Shown here piece after piece: positions 18,471 through 28,221 of a stretch of 34,755 nt of DNA. The notes beneath the pieces are model-generated. The model searched no databases, was not told the origin of the DNA, and worked only from the letters and a program-made list of their open reading frames with translations. The stretch comes from Bacteroidota bacterium (GTDB lineage Bacteria > Bacteroidota > Bacteroidia > Bacteroidales > JAIFNC01): NCBI GenBank assembly GCA_020047935.1, contig JAIFNC010000284.1, positions 1-34,755 on the forward strand, given 5' to 3'. Position 1 is the first letter of the stretch. Each line of letters opens with the position of its first letter. Position numbers and translations under genes: made by a program.

Positions 18471-19835
18471 ATGCGAATAAATAAATTACTCGAAAGATAC
18501 GTTGAATTTTTCCGAAGAAAAATGTTTAATAGCCCAAGCAGCCTATTGGATACGGTTGATTTGTGGAGAAACTTATTTTTTTTCCGGATTGTATTGGTAA
18601 TTCTGCCCGTTTCGGTGGTAGTATATATATTGGGTGCTACTGCCGGTATTTTGGCAAAAATGTATGGGCTTATTTTTTTCGATACCGTGGGTATGCTTAT
18701 TATCATATTTATTGCCTTCGATTCAAGTTTTTCAATTTTATTCAAAAAAATTCTGTTTCTGTTTACTATCTATTTTTTAGGTATTATGCTGTTTTATTAT
18801 TTAGGTTTTTTTGGTCCGGCGTTAATATACCTAATGGCTGTTTCAATTTTAAGTGCGTTAATTATTAACGAAAAAGTAGCTGTTGCTACCTTTGTTTTAA
18901 ATTTAGTGCTTTTTATATATTTTATTATTTCAGTAACATTAAATGTTGAATATAAGCCACTTATGATGAATGCTTCGGCTTTTTTGGCAGTGGGTATAAA
19001 TTTTATGGCATTTAACCTAATACTAATTATTGCGGTAATTTCATTAATCACCCATTTGCGCGAAGCGCTTACTTTACAGGGTAATATAAAAGCCAAATTA
19101 CTCGAAGAAAGTGCAAAACTGCAAATTGCAAAGCAACGTGCCGAACAAAGCGATTCGTTTAAGACCGGATTTATTCAGGATGTTTCGCACGGTATTCAAA
19201 TTCCGTTGAAAGCTATTAAAAGCTTTTCCGATTTGGTAAATAACGAAAATATTGAAATTGAAAAAAGACGCTATTTTATCGATATAATTTCGAGCAATGC
19301 CAAATTATTACAAAACATAGTTCACGATTTACAAATTCTTTCGACCATTGAAAACAACCAAGTAATAGTTACAAAAAGCACGATCGAACTTAATAAAGTT
19401 ATTGGTGAACTAATTACTGTTTTTTCTGAAGAATATAAAGATAAAAACATAGGAATTATTTTCAAACAAAAAATTGCCGACGGTCGCGACAACATTGAAA
19501 CCGACGAAGCGCTGCTTAAAAAAATTATCATAAATTTACTTTCCAATGCATTGAAATATACCGAATTGGGTTTTGTTGAAATTGGATATGTTTTCAGAAA
19601 TGAATGTATTGAAATTTTTGTCAAAGATACCGGTATAGGAATTGCACCTGAACAACTGAAAAATTTGTTTAACAGGTTTTATCGAGTTGAAAATGCAATA
19701 AACAGCCGACATGCCGGAACCGGTTTAGGCTTAAGCTTAGCACGAGCAAATGCGCAAGCCCTTGGTGGCGAGCTAACTTGTAATTCGATGTTGCATGTTG
19801 GTACTACATTTTACCTTAGCGTTCCGATTAAATAA
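18471..19835 (+). CDS. Membrane sensor histidine kinase (HisKA + HATPase), orphan, with atypical H-box
   Basis: About six N-terminal TM helices, H-box SHGIQIPL, N-box NLLSNALKYT, G1 VKDTGIGI, F-box FNRFYR and G2 GTGLGL. Confidence 0.88.
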   Translation: MRINKLLERYVEFFRRKMFNSPSSLLDTVDLWRNLFFFRIVLVILPVSVVVYILGATAGILAKMYGLIFFDTVGMLIIIFIAFDSSFSILFKKILFLFTIYFLGIMLFYYLGFFGPALIYLMAVSILSALIINEKVAVATFVLNLVLFIYFIISVTLNVEYKPLMMNASAFLAVGINFMAFNLILIIAVISLITHLREALTLQGNIKAKLLEESAKLQIAKQRAEQSDSFKTGFIQDVSHGIQIPLKAIKSFSDLVNNENIEIEKRRYFIDIISSNAKLLQNIVHDLQILSTIENNQVIVTKSTIELNKVIGELITVFSEEYKDKNIGIIFKQKIADGRDNIETDEALLKKIIINLLSNALKYTELGFVEIGYVFRNECIEIFVKDTGIGIAPEQLKNLFNRFYRVENAINSRHAGTGLGLSLARANAQALGGELTCNSMLHVGTTFYLSVPIK

Positions 19836-19924
19836 CGTTTTTTTAGCCAAATTTTAAAATAAATTGAAGAAAAAAAAGTTTAACTATAAAAATTGATGTA
19901 TTGTTTAATTTTAAAATTCGTAAT

Positions 19925-21508
19925 ATGAAAAAATTTCTCGTAAGCGCGCTTTCATTGTGTGTGCTTTTTTTGGGGATGAATGCGCAAAACAAATCGCCTG
20001 AAAATTGGTTTAATTTAGATAAAAATGCCGATAATATTCGAGGTATAAGCACGGAAAAAGTGTATGCTGAAATTTTAAAAAACAGAAAATCAAGTCCGGT
20101 AGTGGTTGCAGTGCTTGATTCGGGCGTTGATATTTACCACGAAGATTTGAAAGATAATATTTGGGTAAATGAAGATGAAATTGCAGGAAACGGTATGGAT
20201 GACGATAAAAACGGCTATATTGACGATGTAAACGGTTGGAGTTTTTTAGGCAACGCTAAAGGCGAAAATGTGAGCCAAGATAATTTGGAGCTGGCTCGTT
20301 TGTATAAAACTTATGCCGCAAAATTTGGAACCAAAGTTGCCACCGAAGTGCCAAAAGAAGAGCAAAAAGAATTTGGTAAATGGCAGATTGTTAAAGCCGA
20401 TTTTGAAACACAACGTAAAGAATATCAGGATAATTATGATGGATTTTTGGGATTTTCAGAACGCTTTTTGGCTGCAAAAAAGGCAGTTGAATCGTTTTTG
20501 GGTAAAGAAAACCCAAGTGCCGAAGAAGTAAAAGCTATTACCACAGACGATAAAGAATTGGCAGGTATTGTAACTTTTTATTATAATTCGCTAATGCGTG
20601 GTTTGAGTACCGATTATATAACTGAAGTAATTAACTATTATGGTGGTTATATAAAATATAAACTAAACCCCGATTTAAATAGCCGTGCCATTGTGGGTGA
20701 TAATTACGACAATGTAAACGAACGTATTTATGGAAACAGCGATGTAAAAGGGCCGGATGCCGACCACGGAACGCATGTTGCCGGAATTATTGCTGCTACC
20801 AGAACCAATAATTTAGGAATGAAAGGCATTGCCGATAATGTTAAAATTATGTCGGTTCGTGTAGTGCCGGATGGCGACGAACGTGATAAAGACGTTGCCA
20901 ATGCTATTTATTATGCAGTTGATAACGGTGCGCGCATTATAAATATGAGCTTTGGTAAAGACTATAGTGCGAATCCGGAAATTGTAGCGAAAGCATTTGC
21001 ATACGCTTCAAAAAAAGGTGTTCTTTTGGTTCATGCTGCCGGCAACGATGCTAAAAATGTAGATGTTACCGATAACTTCCCAACACGAAGTTACGAGGGT
21101 TTTAAAGAATTTTCGACATGGATTGAAGTTGGCGCTTCTGATTACGGTACCAATTCAAGTTTTGTTGGTAATTTTTCTAATTATGGCAAAAAGATGGTCG
21201 ATTTATTTGCACCTGGTGTTCAAATTTATTCTACCACGCCTGAAAACAATTACGAAAGATTCGATGGTACCAGCATGGCATCGCCGGTTGTAGCAGGTGC
21301 TGCAGCGTTAGTTTTAAGCTATTATCCGCAACTAACTGCAGTTCAAGTTCGAAGTATACTTTTAAAATCGGTTGAAAGCTATAAAAAAGAATTGGTTAAC
21401 AAACCGGGAAGCAAAGATGAATTGGTTAAATTTGCACAACTTTGCAAAACCGGCGGAATTGTTAATGTGTATAATGCTATACTGCTTGCCGATAAAATGG
21501 CAAAATAA
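19925..21508 (+). CDS. S8 family (subtilisin-like) secreted serine peptidase
   Basis: Signal peptide MKKFLVSALSLC; catalytic triad VAVLDSG, HGTHVAG and GTSMASP; oxyanion AAGN. Confidence 0.95.
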   Translation: MKKFLVSALSLCVLFLGMNAQNKSPENWFNLDKNADNIRGISTEKVYAEILKNRKSSPVVVAVLDSGVDIYHEDLKDNIWVNEDEIAGNGMDDDKNGYIDDVNGWSFLGNAKGENVSQDNLELARLYKTYAAKFGTKVATEVPKEEQKEFGKWQIVKADFETQRKEYQDNYDGFLGFSERFLAAKKAVESFLGKENPSAEEVKAITTDDKELAGIVTFYYNSLMRGLSTDYITEVINYYGGYIKYKLNPDLNSRAIVGDNYDNVNERIYGNSDVKGPDADHGTHVAGIIAATRTNNLGMKGIADNVKIMSVRVVPDGDERDKDVANAIYYAVDNGARIINMSFGKDYSANPEIVAKAFAYASKKGVLLVHAAGNDAKNVDVTDNFPTRSYEGFKEFSTWIEVGASDYGTNSSFVGNFSNYGKKMVDLFAPGVQIYSTTPENNYERFDGTSMASPVVAGAAALVLSYYPQLTAVQVRSILLKSVESYKKELVNKPGSKDELVKFAQLCKTGGIVNVYNAILLADKMAK

Positions 21509-21533
21509 CAGTTGGAAATATTTTTAAATAGCC

Positions 21534-21571
21534 AAAAAAGACCCGATTCAAATTTGTAACGGGTCTTTTTT
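21534..21571. terminator. Bidirectional terminator between the convergent S8 and M18 genes
   Basis: AAAAAAGACCCG...CGGGTCTTTTTT. Confidence 0.85.
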
Positions 21572-21599
21572 ATTGTGTCAAATGCTTTACCGTAGATGG

Positions 21600-22904
21600 C
21601 TACAATTCATAAAAAGCATCAAAAACTTCTTTCATATACAAGTGGTCGGTTACACCCGAAAGTTCGCGAATTGAGTGCATGGCAAACATAGGGTTGCCAA
21701 CGTCAACGGTTGCTATATCGAGTTGCGATGTAGAAATATTGCCTAAGGTACTTCCGCCCGCAACATCCGACCTGTTTACAAACTTCTGAAACGGAATGCC
21801 TTTACTTTCGCACAATTGTGCAAAAACGGCTCCGGTAACGCCATCGGTAGTGTACTTTTGTCCGTTGTGTATTTTAATAACCGGTCCTTTGTTCATAATT
21901 GGTCGGTTCAACGGGTCGTATTTGTGTTCGTAGTTTGGGTGCAAGGCATGTGCCATATCGGCCGAAATCATAAATGATTGCGAAACAGCGCGGTAAAAAT
22001 CGTCCGTATCGCCACCCAAGGCTAATACTACCCGTTCTATAATGGTTTTAAGCACCGGTGCGGCTGCGCCTTGTTTTGTCTGGCTACCAACTTCTTCGTT
22101 ATCGAAAAATGCGGCAACACACGTAGCTTTTGCAGGCTCGGCATTTGCCAATGCAATTGCACTTGCATGAACCATAGCCAAATTATCGAGTTTTCCCGAC
22201 GAAATAAATTCTTCGTTTAATCCAACAAACGAACCTTTTTCAAACTCGAACAAGAAAAGCTCAAAATCCAAAATATCGGTCTGAGCCACGCCTGCTTCTT
22301 TTGCCAATAATGAAATAAGGTAATTCTCTTTTTCAAACGTGCTGTTAATCATACCTAAAATAGGCAAAACATCGGTTTGGGCATTAATAGGAGTTCCGTT
22401 GTTTACTTCGCGGTTCATATGTATTGCCAAGTTCGGAATATAGGCAATGGGTCGGTCGATGCGAATGTTTTTAACCGTGGGTTTTAAGGTGTTGTTTGAG
22501 CGCAACGAAATTCGACCTGCCAACGAAAGCGGACGGTCGAACCAAGTACTCATAATTATTCCGCCGTAGGGTTCGGTATTAAGCTTTAAGTAATTGCCGG
22601 CCACAACCCATTCGGGCGACGGCTTAATTTTAAACACCGGCGAGTCGGTATGTGCTGCAATTATCTTAAAACCATGTTCTTGTGGCTTACCGGTTCCGGC
22701 TATAAAACCAAACATTGCCGAACCGTTTTTGGTTACAAAATATTTTCCGCCCGGTGCAATGTGCCATTTGTCTTCAAATTTAAGTTCTTTAAATTCCTTG
22801 TAGCCCCAAATTTTTTCAAGGTTTTCAACTGCGTGAAAAGGAGTAGGGCTTGAGTAAATAAAGTTGATTAAATTCTGAGCAAGGTCTTTTTCCTTTTGTT
22901 TCAT
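21600..22904 (-). CDS. apeB: M18 family aspartyl aminopeptidase (ApeB-like)
   Basis: SPTPFHAV, AHTDSP, LDNL, FDNEEVGS, SADMAHA.HPNY, GGSTLG and MHSIRE. Confidence 0.92.
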   Translation of the reverse strand: MKQKEKDLAQNLINFIYSSPTPFHAVENLEKIWGYKEFKELKFEDKWHIAPGGKYFVTKNGSAMFGFIAGTGKPQEHGFKIIAAHTDSPVFKIKPSPEWVVAGNYLKLNTEPYGGIIMSTWFDRPLSLAGRISLRSNNTLKPTVKNIRIDRPIAYIPNLAIHMNREVNNGTPINAQTDVLPILGMINSTFEKENYLISLLAKEAGVAQTDILDFELFLFEFEKGSFVGLNEEFISSGKLDNLAMVHASAIALANAEPAKATCVAAFFDNEEVGSQTKQGAAAPVLKTIIERVVLALGGDTDDFYRAVSQSFMISADMAHALHPNYEHKYDPLNRPIMNKGPVIKIHNGQKYTTDGVTGAVFAQLCESKGIPFQKFVNRSDVAGGSTLGNISTSQLDIATVDVGNPMFAMHSIRELSGVTDHLYMKEVFDAFYEL

Positions 22905-23033
22905 ATGGTAGTGTTTTATGGTATGAGTGCATGAATTTTTCGTAAATATAGAAAAAAGTACGAAAGTTTAACTTCAAAAATTCGAAATACATTAAATTTG
23001 GCATTGTAAATTTGCAAATGCCTGAATTTCAGC

Positions 23034-23076
23034 AAAAAAAAATAAACCGAATTGATTGAATTCGGTTTATTTTTTT
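23034..23076 (-). terminator. Terminator of the Kelch lipoprotein gene
   Basis: A-tract-TAAACCGAATT-GATTG-AATTCGGTTTA-T7. Confidence 0.85.
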
Positions 23077-23102
23077 AATTGAAAGTATGTTGGGCAACCG
23101 GT

Positions 23103-24623
23103 TTAACGCTTATATTGCCAAATATCGGTTTTTTCCAAGTAGGTTTTGCCGCCAATTATGTAGCCATAGGCACCAACCGAAAAGGCAACTGCTGAATGTC
23201 GTGCAACGGAAGGCAAGGATGAAAGGGTAGTCCATGAATCGGTTCCCGGGTTGTACCGATACCAATCGGTTTTCGATTCAACACCATCGGTACCCAACCC
23301 TACATATGCCTCGGTTGAAAGTACCAGTATGCTTGCTTTGCTTCGTTTTCCGCCTTTAAATGCATTTAATTTCGACCATTCGTCGGTAGCGGGATCGTAG
23401 CGCCAAAAATCGTCGAATAGTTCGGTTTCCGATTCGCCCAAACCTACAAAACCATGTTCCGATGTGCTGTAGCCAACAGCAAAAGCGCGAGCGCCGCCTA
23501 CAAAATTTTTCTTTTTGCTCCACGAATTAATTTCGGGGTCGTAGCTGTAAACTGAACTTAATGCGCTGCCAAACTGACCGCAAACTACGTAGCCTTTGCC
23601 TTTCAGGCTAAAAGAAGCAGCATTTTTAACCGCATTTTGATTGTAAAAAACGGCTCTTGAAGCCCAAATGTTTTTAGCATAGTCGTATTCGTAAAAGTCT
23701 GAATACATATCTAAACCGCTTTCGCCACCACCGGCAAATACTCTTTTATCAACCACAAACGCAAATGCACCGTTTCTGCTTCCTTTAAAATTAGCCATTT
23801 GTGTCCATCCGTTCAAACGAGGGTCGAACCTCCAAATGTCGTTTTTTGAACCTTGTCCGTCGTCGCCTGTGCCGTAATAACCATAATCGTTTACCGAAAA
23901 AGCTATTGCACCAACTCGCGGGCGCAAAGAATTTGACGCTTTTTCAACCCAAATATTTTCGGATGCCAATGTTTTAAACGTTACATTGCGGTCGTAATCG
24001 AGTTTTTTGTTGTAAATTATAAATCCGCGAATATTATAATTTGTTTGTGCATCGAGGTTTGAGATTGGAATAACAAACGATTGACTGGTTGCCGACCGAC
24101 CCATGGCTATATTATTGTCTTGTGTAGTAGGGTCGGCATTATGCGACCAGCAAATGCCAAAATTTTCAGCTTCGCCTTTGGTTATTATCAGTTGTCCGGC
24201 AACTAAGGCACCGGAAGGCGAAATTTGATATACCGAATCGATATAAACCGTTGGAAATTCATATTTCAGGTTAAGTGTTTTTACCTCGCCGTATATTGTT
24301 TCAGTTGTCGAAGAACCATAGGCACGATAATAATAAGTGGTAGCTTTTAGACCGGTTACTGCCGATGAATAGTCGCCGCTTGTAACGAGTGCACCATGAG
24401 CCGTAAATGATGAATTTTCGAGGTTCGGTTCAGTTTCGGTAATTGACCAACAGTGCCCATGCTCAATTATTTGCGCACCGGAGGTTTCAATATGACCTTT
24501 TAAGGTAGTAATGGTTCCGGAAACTGAGTATTCTTCGGTTGAAACGGTAAAGAGCGAATCGCCCTCGGTACATGAATTACTTAGTATACCTATGAGCAGT
24601 ATAAAAATTAAATAACGTTGCAT
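23103..24623 (-). CDS. Lipoprotein with two Fn3/Ig-like domains and a C-terminal Kelch beta-propeller
   Basis: Lipobox LSNS-C; two 'G.CWS...P...T.Y..R.Y/F' modules; six Kelch repeats (R..A.AF....GY.G.G....D.W.YDP....W). Confidence 0.88.
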   Translation of the reverse strand: MQRYLIFILLIGILSNSCTEGDSLFTVSTEEYSVSGTITTLKGHIETSGAQIIEHGHCWSITETEPNLENSSFTAHGALVTSGDYSSAVTGLKATTYYYRAYGSSTTETIYGEVKTLNLKYEFPTVYIDSVYQISPSGALVAGQLIITKGEAENFGICWSHNADPTTQDNNIAMGRSATSQSFVIPISNLDAQTNYNIRGFIIYNKKLDYDRNVTFKTLASENIWVEKASNSLRPRVGAIAFSVNDYGYYGTGDDGQGSKNDIWRFDPRLNGWTQMANFKGSRNGAFAFVVDKRVFAGGGESGLDMYSDFYEYDYAKNIWASRAVFYNQNAVKNAASFSLKGKGYVVCGQFGSALSSVYSYDPEINSWSKKKNFVGGARAFAVGYSTSEHGFVGLGESETELFDDFWRYDPATDEWSKLNAFKGGKRSKASILVLSTEAYVGLGTDGVESKTDWYRYNPGTDSWTTLSSLPSVARHSAVAFSVGAYGYIIGGKTYLEKTDIWQYKR

Positions 24624-24860
24624 GGTTAAATGTTTTTCAAATATTTTCGTAAATTTACTGCAATTTTAATACCTTTCAGTAATCTTTCCTATATTTAAAC
24701 GATTTTTTTTTAATTTTTGTTCGAATAATTCCTTGAATTTACGCTTGAGAATAAAATATTTAAAAAAGTTCGGTTCATTTTTTTTATTTTAAAAGAATTA
24801 CGTATCTTGTTTCGAGTTTTAGAATAAAAAACATTGGCTAAATTCTAATGTATAAGTTTT

Positions 24861-27800
24861 ATGCAATATAATAAAAGTTATTTATTTATAGCTATTAGTA
24901 TTTTAATGTTTACGAACAATATTTTTTCTCAAAATATTGTTTTCTCTAAACTTTCAATTGACGATGGCTTATCGCACAGTGTAGTATATAATGTTTGTCA
25001 GGATAACAATGGTTTTTTGTGGTTTAGCACGCAAGACGGAGGGTTGAACAGGTACGATGGTTATAGGTTTAACTCGTTTTTTACCAATCGGCGCGATTCA
25101 GGCTCTATTTCGAGCAACAATTTAAATAAATTGGTATTAGATGCCGATGGCAATTTATGGATAGGTACTTGGGGCGGAGGTGTTAATAGGTATAACTCGC
25201 GAACCGACCTTTTTACTAATTTCAAAAACGATCCGCTTAACTCCAATAGTTTGTCGGGCGATAAAATTCAAGCATTGGCTTTGGATGCCGCCGGAATAAT
25301 TTGGATAGGAACCGCCGGTACCGGTTTAAACAGCTTAGACCCCAAAACAAAAAAAGTTGTTAGGTATTTAAATAATCCGAATGACAATACCAGTATTGTA
25401 AACGATAGAATTTGGTCTATTTTGCCCGATGATAAAAATGGTGTATGGGTAGGGACTGAGCAAGGGTTGAATTATTTGGAAAAAAACAAGTCGAACTTTA
25501 AACAAATAACTTTTGAAATAGGAATCAATGAAGTTGGATTTCAAATTAGAAGTTTAGCTTACGATGCATCAGGTAATTTGTGGGTAGGTACTTCAAAAGG
25601 TATTGTAATTATAGATAAAGCCGGCAAACATTCGGTCTTATATCCTTATCCTGCTGATATTAGCGATAATCAGAAAAATAACATAAACGTTGTTTATAAA
25701 GATGCATTAAACAATATGTGGGTAGGAACCCAGTCGGGCGGACTTTCGCTGTACAATACGAAAACCAAAACCTTTAGCAATTATTTGAATGATTTAAACG
25801 ACCCTAATTCAATAAGTTTTAACGATGTACGCGATATAATACAAGATAAATCCGGAATTTATTGGGTTGGTACACGCGGAGGTGGGGTAAATAAGTTCGA
25901 TTTACGACCAAAAAAATTCAGCGCCATATATCCGAGCAAAGAAAAAGGGCTTTCGGGCAACCGAGTTAGAGCAATTCTGGCAACTCCCGAAGGCGATTTG
26001 TGGCTGGGAACCGATTTTAGCGGGTTGAATCGATACAATAAAAAAACCGGTGAATACACCTATTATAACGTGTCGCAGAGCAGGGGCTTTAAACTTAGCA
26101 GTAATCGCATCCGTTCGTTAGCGCGCGACCACGAAGGCAAAATTTGGGTAGGAACAGACGAAGGCGGATTGAATGTTATTGATTTGAAAAAAAATGAAGT
26201 ACTGGTTTATCAGCAAGAAAATACCCGATTAGCATCGAATGAAGTTTCTTGTTTATATTTCGATTCCAAGCACCGAATGTGGGCAGGAACAAAAAACGGC
26301 ATTTCGCTTTTTGACCTAAACAATAGAAAAATAAGAACTTATAAGCATTCGCCCTCAAATATGGGCAGTTTAAGCGATAACAGAGTACTTAGCATAATTG
26401 AAGATAAACAAGGGTTTATTTGGGTAGGTACCGATAATGGCTTGAACAGATACGATTCGGAATATGGTTTATTTGTTAAATATTATCAGCAAATTGATAA
26501 CGAACATTCGATATTAGATAACGATATTTATTCAATGACTATTGATAATTTAGGCCAATTATGGATAGGAACAGCGGGCGGATTAAATTTATATAATCCT
26601 AAAAAAGACCATTTTACGAACTTTGTAAATAACGAAATTTCATTTGGTGGCATAGTATATGGCTTGTTGCCCGACAATAATAACAATTTATGGCTTGGTA
26701 CCCTAAACGGATTGGCGCGTTTTTCAATTGATAATCATACGTTTAGAATGTTCGATGTGTCGGATGGTTTGCAGAGCCGCGAATTTTTGCAAGGTTCTTA
26801 TGCAAAAGACAGCATCGGATATTTGTATTTTGGTGGCATCCGCGGATTCAACTCTTTCCATCCCGACAGCATTTTTGAAAGCATGTTTAAACCCCAAGTT
26901 ATGATTACCGAATTTAAGGTGCTCAACAAATTGGTTCGTCCGGGCGTTACGTCTGTTATAACAGATGGTTTACCTTATGTAAAAGATATTTACTTAAGCT
27001 ACGAAGATAAAATCTTTTCGTTCGAATTTGCTGCTTTAGACTATACTTCTTCAGAAAAAAACAAGTACGCCTATATAATGGAAGGTTACGACAAAGAATG
27101 GACCCAGGCAGGAACCCGACGTTTTGTCATGTACTCCTCGTTGCCTTCCGGTACTTATACTTTTAAAGTGAAGGCAACAAATTCCGATGGTATTTGGAAC
27201 GAAACTCCGATTGAAATCAACATTCATGTTAAACCCCCGTTTTGGCAAACATGGTGGTTTTATTTGTTTGTTTTCGTTTTTATTGTAGGCAGTTTTTTCC
27301 TTTATTTGAATATTAAAATAAGAACACTTACCGAACAGAGGCGCCAGCTCGAAATTGCTGTGGCGAACAGAACTAAAGAAATACGCCGAGCAAAAGAGCA
27401 AATTGAAATTCAGCATGAATTGGTTACTGCACAAAACATTAAAATAAAAGACAGCATTCATTATGCAAAACGTATACAAAATGCAATGCTGCCTACAACC
27501 GAAGCATTCGAAAAAAACTTCGCCGATTATTTTATTCTTAATAAACCACGCGACATTGTAAGTGGCGATTATTATTGGATAAAAGAAATGGATGGCAGAG
27601 TTTATTTTGCCGTTGCCGATTGCACCGGACATGGAGTGCCGGGAGCTTTCTTAAGTTTGTTGGGCATGGCTTTTATGAATGAAATTATTAATAACCGCAA
27701 AATTCGAAATGCTGCCGAAATGCTTAATATTCTGCGCGATAATATTAAAAATGCACTGCATCAGAGTGGTAAGTCAGGCGAATCGTCCGATGGAATGGAT

Positions 27801-28196
27801 GTAGCGGTATGTATTATTGATATTGAAATGAATACCTTGAATTTTGCAGGTGCCTATAATCCGGTATATATATTCCGTAACAATGAACTTATTTCGTTAG
27901 TAGCTGACAAAATGCCAATCGGAATTTATTATAAAAGTGAAAGACCATTTACAGCAAGAGAAATTGAACTGAAAGAAGATGATACAATTTACATATTTTC
28001 AGACGGATACGCTGACCAATTTAGCGAAACTACCGGACGAAAAATGCTTAGAAGCGGATTTAAAAATTTGCTCCAAAGTGTACATAAACTGCCAATGAAA
28101 GAACAAAAAGAAAATTTGGAACGTGTTTTGTTAGAATGGCAAGGTAGCTTGCACCAAATTGATGACATATTAGTTATCGGTTTAAGGTATTTTTAA
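24861..28196 (+). CDS. Sensor PP2C/SpoIIE phosphatase with periplasmic two-component-regulator beta-propellers and Y_Y_Y domain (SiaA-like role)
   Basis: About 14 'D..G.LWIGT..GGLN.Y' repeats, Y_Y_Y (YAYIMEGYDKEW, LPSGTYTFKVKA), TM after PPFWQTWWF, and PP2C motifs RDIVSGDYY, VADCTGHGVPGAF, DGMD, FSDGYADQ and QIDDILVIG. Confidence 0.93.
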   Translation: MQYNKSYLFIAISILMFTNNIFSQNIVFSKLSIDDGLSHSVVYNVCQDNNGFLWFSTQDGGLNRYDGYRFNSFFTNRRDSGSISSNNLNKLVLDADGNLWIGTWGGGVNRYNSRTDLFTNFKNDPLNSNSLSGDKIQALALDAAGIIWIGTAGTGLNSLDPKTKKVVRYLNNPNDNTSIVNDRIWSILPDDKNGVWVGTEQGLNYLEKNKSNFKQITFEIGINEVGFQIRSLAYDASGNLWVGTSKGIVIIDKAGKHSVLYPYPADISDNQKNNINVVYKDALNNMWVGTQSGGLSLYNTKTKTFSNYLNDLNDPNSISFNDVRDIIQDKSGIYWVGTRGGGVNKFDLRPKKFSAIYPSKEKGLSGNRVRAILATPEGDLWLGTDFSGLNRYNKKTGEYTYYNVSQSRGFKLSSNRIRSLARDHEGKIWVGTDEGGLNVIDLKKNEVLVYQQENTRLASNEVSCLYFDSKHRMWAGTKNGISLFDLNNRKIRTYKHSPSNMGSLSDNRVLSIIEDKQGFIWVGTDNGLNRYDSEYGLFVKYYQQIDNEHSILDNDIYSMTIDNLGQLWIGTAGGLNLYNPKKDHFTNFVNNEISFGGIVYGLLPDNNNNLWLGTLNGLARFSIDNHTFRMFDVSDGLQSREFLQGSYAKDSIGYLYFGGIRGFNSFHPDSIFESMFKPQVMITEFKVLNKLVRPGVTSVITDGLPYVKDIYLSYEDKIFSFEFAALDYTSSEKNKYAYIMEGYDKEWTQAGTRRFVMYSSLPSGTYTFKVKATNSDGIWNETPIEINIHVKPPFWQTWWFYLFVFVFIVGSFFLYLNIKIRTLTEQRRQLEIAVANRTKEIRRAKEQIEIQHELVTAQNIKIKDSIHYAKRIQNAMLPTTEAFEKNFADYFILNKPRDIVSGDYYWIKEMDGRVYFAVADCTGHGVPGAFLSLLGMAFMNEIINNRKIRNAAEMLNILRDNIKNALHQSGKSGESSDGMDVAVCIIDIEMNTLNFAGAYNPVYIFRNNELISLVADKMPIGIYYKSERPFTAREIELKEDDTIYIFSDGYADQFSETTGRKMLRSGFKNLLQSVHKLPMKEQKENLERVLLEWQGSLHQIDDILVIGLRYF

Positions 28197-28221
28197 AATT
28201 TAATATTCGATTAATTTATTT

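Noticed and set aside
27051-27632. 193-aa antisense ORF, and the many other short opposite-strand or alternative-frame ORFs in the track
   Set aside because: They lie wholly inside well-supported genes and have no motifs; typical shadow ORFs.
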